Origin: an uncultured Alphaproteobacteria bacterium
Lineage (GTDB): Bacteria > Pseudomonadota > Alphaproteobacteria > Puniceispirillales > Puniceispirillaceae
Direction: 5' to 3'
DNA length: 64,000 bases
Assembly (NCBI GenBank): GCA_937924895.1
Contig: CALEYP010000003.1
Span: 811 to 64,810 of the forward strand
Part shown: positions 55,549 through 64,000 of the stretch, in pieces
Position numbering within the stretch: position 1 is the stretch's first letter
Layout: every line of letters begins with the position of its first letter
Notes under the pieces: model-generated
What the model saw: only the letters and a program-made list of their open reading frames with translations
Told to the model about the DNA's origin: nothing
Database searches by the model: none
Position numbers and translations under genes: made by a program

Positions 55549-58150
55549 GCAAACCCAACAAACGATTTATCGCGCTGATTACCAGCCGCCTTCTCATCAG
55601 GTTGCAAAGCTGTCACTGGACGTTCAAATCTTCGATGACAGAGCTGACATTACATCACTCATGACACTGACAGCAGCGGCTGGCGATGATCAGGTGGTGT
55701 TGCAAGGTGAGGGGCTGACGCTTTTGTCAGTGGTGCGGGATGGCACACCTTTATCAGACGCAGATTATGAGTGTCAGGATGGCACCTTAACCATCTCTGG
55801 CTGTCCAACTGATGCGTCCTTTACCTTAGCTGTTACTTCCTCATGCGATCCGTATCGCAATACAGCGCTTGAGGGTCTCTATCAATCCGGTGGGATGTTA
55901 TGCACGCAGTGTGAGCCAGAGGGGTTCCGCCGCATTTGCTATTATTTTGACCGCCCAGATGTGCTTGCCTCTTTTGATGTGCGTATTGAGGCTGATACCA
56001 CATATCGTCAGCTTCTTAGTAACGGGAATTTGCAAGAGACAGGCCCTGCTGGCGAGGGGCGTCATTATGCGCTATGGCAAGATCCCCATCCCAAGCCGAG
56101 CTATCTTTTTGCGCTTGTTGCAGGGGATTTGGAGCTTGTTGAAGATAGCTTTACAACCGCATCAGGCCGCAAAGTAGCGCTTCATATCTATGTCGAGGAA
56201 GGCAATAGCCATTTAACAGCTCATGCCATGGATAGCCTGAAGCGCTCTTTGAAATGGGATGAAGATGTCTATGGCCTTGAATATGATTTGGACTTGTTCC
56301 AAATCGTAGCTGTCAGCCATTTCAATATGGGTGCCATGGAGAATAAAGGGTTAAATATTTTTAATTCAAAATTCGTGCTGGCTGATCCTGCCACGGCGAC
56401 CGATGATGATCTCGATAGAGTAGAAGCCATCATTGCCCATGAATATTTCCATAATTGGACAGGGAACCGTGTCACGTGCCGTGATTGGTTCCAATTGACC
56501 TTGAAAGAGGGATTAACGGTCTATCGTGACCAATGTTTCTCTGCTGATATGCATGATGCAGGCGTGAAACGGGCCTCTGATGTAGCCACCTTGCGCGCCA
56601 TTCAATTCCCAGAAGATGCGAGCCCAACAGCACATCCTATTCGCCCTGATTCCTTTGTTGAAATTAATAATTTCTATACACCCACAGTTTATGAAAAGGG
56701 CGCTGAAGTCATCCGCATGATGGCAACAATGCTTGGCAAAGAGGGTTATCGTAACGGCATTGATTTGTATTTTGCGCGCCATGACGGGCAGGCCGTGACA
56801 TGTGATGATTTTATCGCGGCGATGGCTGATGCCAATGACACAGATTTATCAGCCATGCAACGCTGGTATCAACAGGCAGGGACACCGCGCCTGTCGGTTA
56901 CGCGCGTTGGAACTGACGAGGCGCTAAGCTTGTCCCTAAAGCAGGAAATACCGGAAACAGCCGCGCAGACCACAAGATTGCCAGTGCCAATCCCTGTGCG
57001 TTTGGGCTTTCTAGATGCGGCAGGACAGCCAGCGACCTTCTCTGTGGATGAAGCAGCCCCGTCAACTGACGCGCTATTATGTCTGACAGAGGCAGAAGCA
57101 CGTCATGCGATTTCATTCACAACCCCAGATACAGGGCCGTTTACGCCCTCTTATCTTCGAGATTTCTCGGCGCCTGTGCGCTTGCATGATGATGTCAGTG
57201 ATGACGAACGTCTTCATCTCATGGCACATGATAGTGATTTGTTTAATCGCTGGGACCAAGCGCAAAAATTATTGGAACAAGCTATCCATAAGACCGTGCA
57301 GTCAGACCTTGATGAGGCGCATTTATCCGCATTGGCAGGGGCTTATCGTGCGATTTTGGCTGATGATAGCCTGCGAGATGATTACAAAGCCATGATGATG
57401 GCAATGCCAGGTCAAGCAGTGATTGAAGCGTCATTAAAGCCTTGTAACCCTGTGGCGATTTATCAAGCCCGTGATGGCTTGCGTGCGGCCCTGGGACGCT
57501 GGTTAGCTGAGGATCTTTACGATGCGTTGAGAGACGAAGCCTCGGCTGAGCGCCGCCGCTCTGCTGCTGGGCGTCATCTTCAAAATGCCCTTCTTAGCTG
57601 GGCTGTTGCCGCGCGCCTCGATGGCATGGATGAACGTGCTCTCCTGCAATCGCAAGATTCGTTAATGAGCCTCTCGCAAGGGGCGCTAAGCGCGCTTAAC
57701 CGTATTGATTGTGAGGCACGCGACACGGCCCTCTCTGTTTTCCATGATAAGTGGCAAAACCAATCACTGGTGATGGAAAAATGGTTCTCTCTCATGGCGA
57801 TGGCACCGGAAAACGGCACCATTGATGTGATTCAAACATTGATGACACATCCAGCCTTTGATCCGCAGAACCCCAATAAGCTTCGCTCTGTTCTTGGGAG
57901 TTTTGTGGCAGCGAACCCTGTTCAATTCCATGCAGAGGACGGTGCTGGCTATGAGTTTGTGGCGAATGAGCTTGTCACACTTGATAAACGTAACCCGCAA
58001 ATCGCAGCACGTATGGCATTAGGTCTGACTCGCATCTCATCCTATGATGAAGCTCGTCAAGCACGGATGAAAGCCGCACTTGTGACCTTGCGGGCAGGTG
58101 CAACATCGCGTGATCTCACTGAAGTGGTTGAGAAAGCCTTATCAGCCTAG
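55541..58150 (+). CDS. pepN: Aminopeptidase N
   Basis: GAMEN and HEYFHNWTGNRVTCRDWFQLTLKEG zinc motif. ATG 55541 overlaps the gcrA stop (ATGGCTAA). Confidence 0.9.
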   Translation: MAKQTQQTIYRADYQPPSHQVAKLSLDVQIFDDRADITSLMTLTAAAGDDQVVLQGEGLTLLSVVRDGTPLSDADYECQDGTLTISGCPTDASFTLAVTSSCDPYRNTALEGLYQSGGMLCTQCEPEGFRRICYYFDRPDVLASFDVRIEADTTYRQLLSNGNLQETGPAGEGRHYALWQDPHPKPSYLFALVAGDLELVEDSFTTASGRKVALHIYVEEGNSHLTAHAMDSLKRSLKWDEDVYGLEYDLDLFQIVAVSHFNMGAMENKGLNIFNSKFVLADPATATDDDLDRVEAIIAHEYFHNWTGNRVTCRDWFQLTLKEGLTVYRDQCFSADMHDAGVKRASDVATLRAIQFPEDASPTAHPIRPDSFVEINNFYTPTVYEKGAEVIRMMATMLGKEGYRNGIDLYFARHDGQAVTCDDFIAAMADANDTDLSAMQRWYQQAGTPRLSVTRVGTDEALSLSLKQEIPETAAQTTRLPVPIPVRLGFLDAAGQPATFSVDEAAPSTDALLCLTEAEARHAISFTTPDTGPFTPSYLRDFSAPVRLHDDVSDDERLHLMAHDSDLFNRWDQAQKLLEQAIHKTVQSDLDEAHLSALAGAYRAILADDSLRDDYKAMMMAMPGQAVIEASLKPCNPVAIYQARDGLRAALGRWLAEDLYDALRDEASAERRRSAAGRHLQNALLSWAVAARLDGMDERALLQSQDSLMSLSQGALSALNRIDCEARDTALSVFHDKWQNQSLVMEKWFSLMAMAPENGTIDVIQTLMTHPAFDPQNPNKLRSVLGSFVAANPVQFHAEDGAGYEFVANELVTLDKRNPQIAARMALGLTRISSYDEARQARMKAALVTLRAGATSRDLTEVVEKALSA

Positions 58151-59430
58151 GCAGAACGCAAGAAAGCAGGGATATGGTCGCAATCTTTAAAGCTATTGCC
58201 GCCAACCCATGCAACAGGCCGCAATTCGCCATGCTCATTGCGGTTTTCTGACTTGTTAGGCTTTTTACCTTTGCCTTTTGCTTTTTCTGGTGCCGGCTTG
58301 GCATCAGCTTCATGACCCGCTAGCACGTCAATTGAGGCACCTGTTAGCGCCTCAACAGCTGCTACCAGCTTGCGGTCATCATCATTGGGCATAGCAAGCG
58401 TGAAGGCTTTACCAGACCGTCCTGCACGGCCAGTGCGTCCAATCCGGTGCACGTAATCTTCGGCATTTGACGGCACATCAAAGTTGAATACGTGACTAAC
58501 AGAAGGAATGTCTAAGCCTCGTGCCGCAACATCTGAAGCAATAAGAAGCGGCGAAACGCCCTCTTTAAATTCATCAAGGGCGGCTAGTCTAGCTGATTGT
58601 GTCATATCGCCATGTAATGCCACGGCCTTAAACTCATGGCGTTTTAACGACGACAGCAAGGTTGATATATCGCGTTTGCGATTGCAAAAAATAACCGCGT
58701 TTTGAATGTCTTCAGAGCGCAAGAGATGGCGTAAGGTCTCACGCTTTTTACGCGGCGGTGTCCATAGTAATTTAGCCTCAATTGTAGAGGCTGTTGCCGC
58801 TGGTGGCGCCACTGAGATTACCTTTGGGTTGATCACAAATTTGCTGCCGATGCCTTTGATTTCATCTGATAAGGTCGCAGAGAAGAACAGCGTCTGGCGC
58901 ATGACAGGAAGTGTGCCGACAATGCGCTCAATATCAGGAATAAAGCCCATATCAAGCATACGGTCAGCTTCATCAATCACGAGGATCTTCACATCTTGAA
59001 GAAGCACTTTCCCGCGTTCAAAATGGTCAAGTAGACGGCCTGGTGTGGCGATAAGTACATCAACTCCCTTATCAAGGGCGGCTTCTTGATCAGCAAAACT
59101 CACGCCGCCAATTAGTAGCGCCATTGAGAGATTATGATTTGTGGCAAATTGATTGAAGTTGTCAGCGACCTGCGCGGCTAGTTCTCTTGTGGGTGCCAAA
59201 ATCAAAGAGCGTGGCATCCGTGCCTTGGCTCTGCCATTGGCGAGAATATCAATCATAGGCAGGGTGAAAGAGGCTGTCTTACCAGTGCCTGTCTGCGCTG
59301 AGCCCAAAATATCACGCCCCATCAATACGAGGGGGATAGATTGTTCTTGAATGGGGGTAGGGGTTTCATAGCCTAGCGCGGTAACAGCTGCTGTTAATTC
59401 GTCACTTAGGCCGAGATCGGCAAAGTTCAA
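58147..59430 (-). CDS. DEAD-box ATP-dependent RNA helicase (RhlE-like)
   Basis: Q motif, AQTGTGKT, DEAD (VIDEAD), SAT, HRIGRTGRAG. TTG start. Lys/Gly-rich C-terminal tail. Confidence 0.9.
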   Translation of the reverse strand: MNFADLGLSDELTAAVTALGYETPTPIQEQSIPLVLMGRDILGSAQTGTGKTASFTLPMIDILANGRAKARMPRSLILAPTRELAAQVADNFNQFATNHNLSMALLIGGVSFADQEAALDKGVDVLIATPGRLLDHFERGKVLLQDVKILVIDEADRMLDMGFIPDIERIVGTLPVMRQTLFFSATLSDEIKGIGSKFVINPKVISVAPPAATASTIEAKLLWTPPRKKRETLRHLLRSEDIQNAVIFCNRKRDISTLLSSLKRHEFKAVALHGDMTQSARLAALDEFKEGVSPLLIASDVAARGLDIPSVSHVFNFDVPSNAEDYVHRIGRTGRAGRSGKAFTLAMPNDDDRKLVAAVEALTGASIDVLAGHEADAKPAPEKAKGKGKKPNKSENRNEHGELRPVAWVGGNSFKDCDHIPAFLRSA

Positions 59431-59574
59431 AAACTCTTGTCCTTATATCAGTGGAGGGCCCAAAAAGCCTCTCTATCATTCGTTACAACAAATCAAATTG
59501 TCTAAACCTGTCCAAAGTGATACATCCATCAGGCTTTGAAATCAAGAATTCTGGTGAAAAAGGGTCAGTTTTCC

Positions 59575-62276
<2,702 letters not shown>

Positions 62277-62381
62277 TCATAATACCGCTATCTCTAACCT
62301 ATCTTTGGCGTGATGAAAAGCTGGCAAGGCTCATCGGTGGTAATAGATGCTAAAAAACAAGGGGACATCACTAAGATCATG

Positions 62382-62413
62382 AAAAAACCCCTCGGAATCG
62401 AAATCCCGAGGGG
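62382..62413 (-). terminator. Rho-independent terminator after glnA
   Basis: On the minus strand, CCCCTCGG-gatttcgatt-CCGAGGGG followed by T6. Confidence 0.8.
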
Positions 62414-62440
62414 TTGTAAACGTCGCGTTGTCTTTGAGAC

Positions 62441-63850
62441 TTAGACTGAGTAGTACATCTCAAATTCGACAGGAGCAGGTGTGTGCTCAAGTCTGATAAC
62501 TTCTTCCATCTTCAATTCGATATAGGCATCGATTTGGTCATCTGTGAAGACGTTACCTTCTGTGAGATAGGCACGGTCAGCGTCAAGTGCTTCAAGCGCT
62601 TCACGAAGTGAGGCACATACTGTTGGGATTTGTGCCAATTCTTCCGCTGGTAGATCATAAAGATCCTTATCCATGGCGTCACCTGGGTGAATCTTGTTGC
62701 GGATACCGTCAAGGCCAGCCATCAACATAGCTGAGAACGCCAAATATGGGTTAGCTGTTGCATCTGGGAAGCGAACTTCAACGCGCTTGCCCTTTGGATT
62801 TGCCACATGTGGAATACGGCATGATGCAGAGCGGTTACGTGCTGAGTAAGCCAAAAGAACAGGAGCTTCATAGCCTGGGATCAAACGCTTGTAGCTGTTT
62901 GTTGAGGCATTTGTGAAGGCGTTCAATGACTTCGCATGCTTGATGATACCACCAATGTAGTAAAGTGCTGTCTCTGACAGATCAGCATAGCCGTTACCGG
63001 CAAATAGTGGCTTGCCATCTGACCATAGTGACTGGTGCACGTGCATACCTGAACCGTTATCGCCAGCAATTGGCTTTGGTAGGAATGTAGCTGTTAGGCC
63101 ATAAGCATGAGCCACTTGATGTACGGTGTACTTGTACAGCTGCATGTTGTCGGCTGTTTCAAGCAATGTACCAAACTTCATGCCTAGCTCATGCTGTGAA
63201 GGCGCAACTTCGTGGTGATGCTTTTCAACTGGCACACCCATATCGGCCATGACTGACAACATTTCTGTACGAATGTCTTGCCCTGAATCGATTGGCGGTA
63301 CAGGGAAGTAACCACCCTTTACGCTTGGACGGTGACCCATATTGCCTTCTTCATAGGCGCGGGCGCTGTTATAAGGACCTTCGACAGAATCCACTTCAAA
63401 CATGCCGCGGTTCATTGAAACGTCAATCTTCACATCTTCAAAGATGAAGAATTCAGCTTCTGGACCAAAGAAAGCTGTGTCAGCAAAACCAGCAGCTTCC
63501 ATATGTGCCAACGCAGCTTTGGCTGTGCCACGTGGGTCACGTGAATAAGCTTCGCCTGATGATGGCTCAAGAACGTCACAGAACAACGCCAAAGTTGGTT
63601 GTGCGAAGAATGGATCGATGTAAGCACGTGTCAAATCAGGCATCAAAGTCATGTCTGATTCGTTAATGGCTTTCCAACCGCCGATTGACGAGCCGTCAAA
63701 CATGAAGCCTTCTGCAAGAGCTTCTTCGTCGATTGTATCAATATGCTGTGTCACATGGTGCATTTTACCACGTGGGTCAGTAAAGCGCAGATCTACATAG
63801 GAAATGTCATTCTCTTTAAGCATTTCCATGATTTGTTTTGCATCAGACAT
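62441..63850 (-). CDS. glnA: Glutamine synthetase type I
   Basis: Full-length GSI pattern and adenylylation-loop region. GGAAGGAA SD before ATG 63850. Confidence 0.95.
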   Translation of the reverse strand: MSDAKQIMEMLKENDISYVDLRFTDPRGKMHHVTQHIDTIDEEALAEGFMFDGSSIGGWKAINESDMTLMPDLTRAYIDPFFAQPTLALFCDVLEPSSGEAYSRDPRGTAKAALAHMEAAGFADTAFFGPEAEFFIFEDVKIDVSMNRGMFEVDSVEGPYNSARAYEEGNMGHRPSVKGGYFPVPPIDSGQDIRTEMLSVMADMGVPVEKHHHEVAPSQHELGMKFGTLLETADNMQLYKYTVHQVAHAYGLTATFLPKPIAGDNGSGMHVHQSLWSDGKPLFAGNGYADLSETALYYIGGIIKHAKSLNAFTNASTNSYKRLIPGYEAPVLLAYSARNRSASCRIPHVANPKGKRVEVRFPDATANPYLAFSAMLMAGLDGIRNKIHPGDAMDKDLYDLPAEELAQIPTVCASLREALEALDADRAYLTEGNVFTDDQIDAYIELKMEEVIRLEHTPAPVEFEMYYSV

Positions 63851-63903
63851 CGTCATTCCTTCCATCTGTTACAGGTCATAAATTCCGTTAGCGCAAAAGC
63901 GGT

Positions 63904-64000
<97 letters not shown>

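Overview
This is a densely packed chromosomal segment of core genome from an alphaproteobacterium. The lineage call rests on ctrA and gcrA cell-cycle regulators, ALA-synthase hemA, Coq7, and an Atm1-type ABC exporter. GC content looks moderate but was not computed. I support about 62 protein genes, 2 tRNAs (Ala-TGC, Gly-TCC), several rho-independent terminators and a few candidate operators. I see no rRNA, CRISPR array, transposase, integrase or phage genes.

In order along the window:
- a sigma-less partner-switching operon (STAS / GAF-PP2C / RsbW-like kinase) with a PDE-like HD protein and a 4-Cys mini-protein
- an Mla/MCE-type lipid ABC transporter operon
- an orphan ParA-like ATPase, a Rieske oxygenase, selO, and the lrp-ald pair
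- tRNA-Ala, rpmF, hspQ
- an Rrf2-sufBCDS-sufT-sufA-atm1-hydrolase operon
- nadK, fdhD-mobA, kpsF
- queA-tgt-queG
- amtB-glnK
- msrA, cvpA, tRNA-Gly, coq7, dsbB-like and yqaA-like genes
- hemH, hemA
- NAD-dependent formate dehydrogenase (fused fdsGB, then fdsA)
- DUF3553, ctrA, dksA and a sensor-less histidine kinase
- recA, alaS, icd, a LOG-family gene and a LysM protein gene
- a psd-like gene and a CDP-alcohol transferase gene
- msrB, an EF-hand protein gene, an aroE-like gene, gcrA, pepN, a DEAD-box helicase gene and a hydrolase gene
- parE, then glnB-glnA

Most notable observations:
1. The partner-switching module has no sigma factor. It is instead coupled to a class-I-PDE-like HD protein.
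2. Two otherwise intact genes each carry a single in-frame TAA: atm1 inside its Walker A motif, and the EF-hand gene inside a Ca-binding loop.
3. Four convergent gene pairs overlap by exactly 4 nt at their stop codons.
4. A strong G-quadruplex / C-rich tract lies downstream of hemH.
5. A perfect CtrA box lies upstream of ctrA, next to a Cys-poor DksA and a CckA-like kinase core with no sensor domain.

Nothing here looks like a mobile or defence island. The novelty candidates are modest and are stated as hypotheses.
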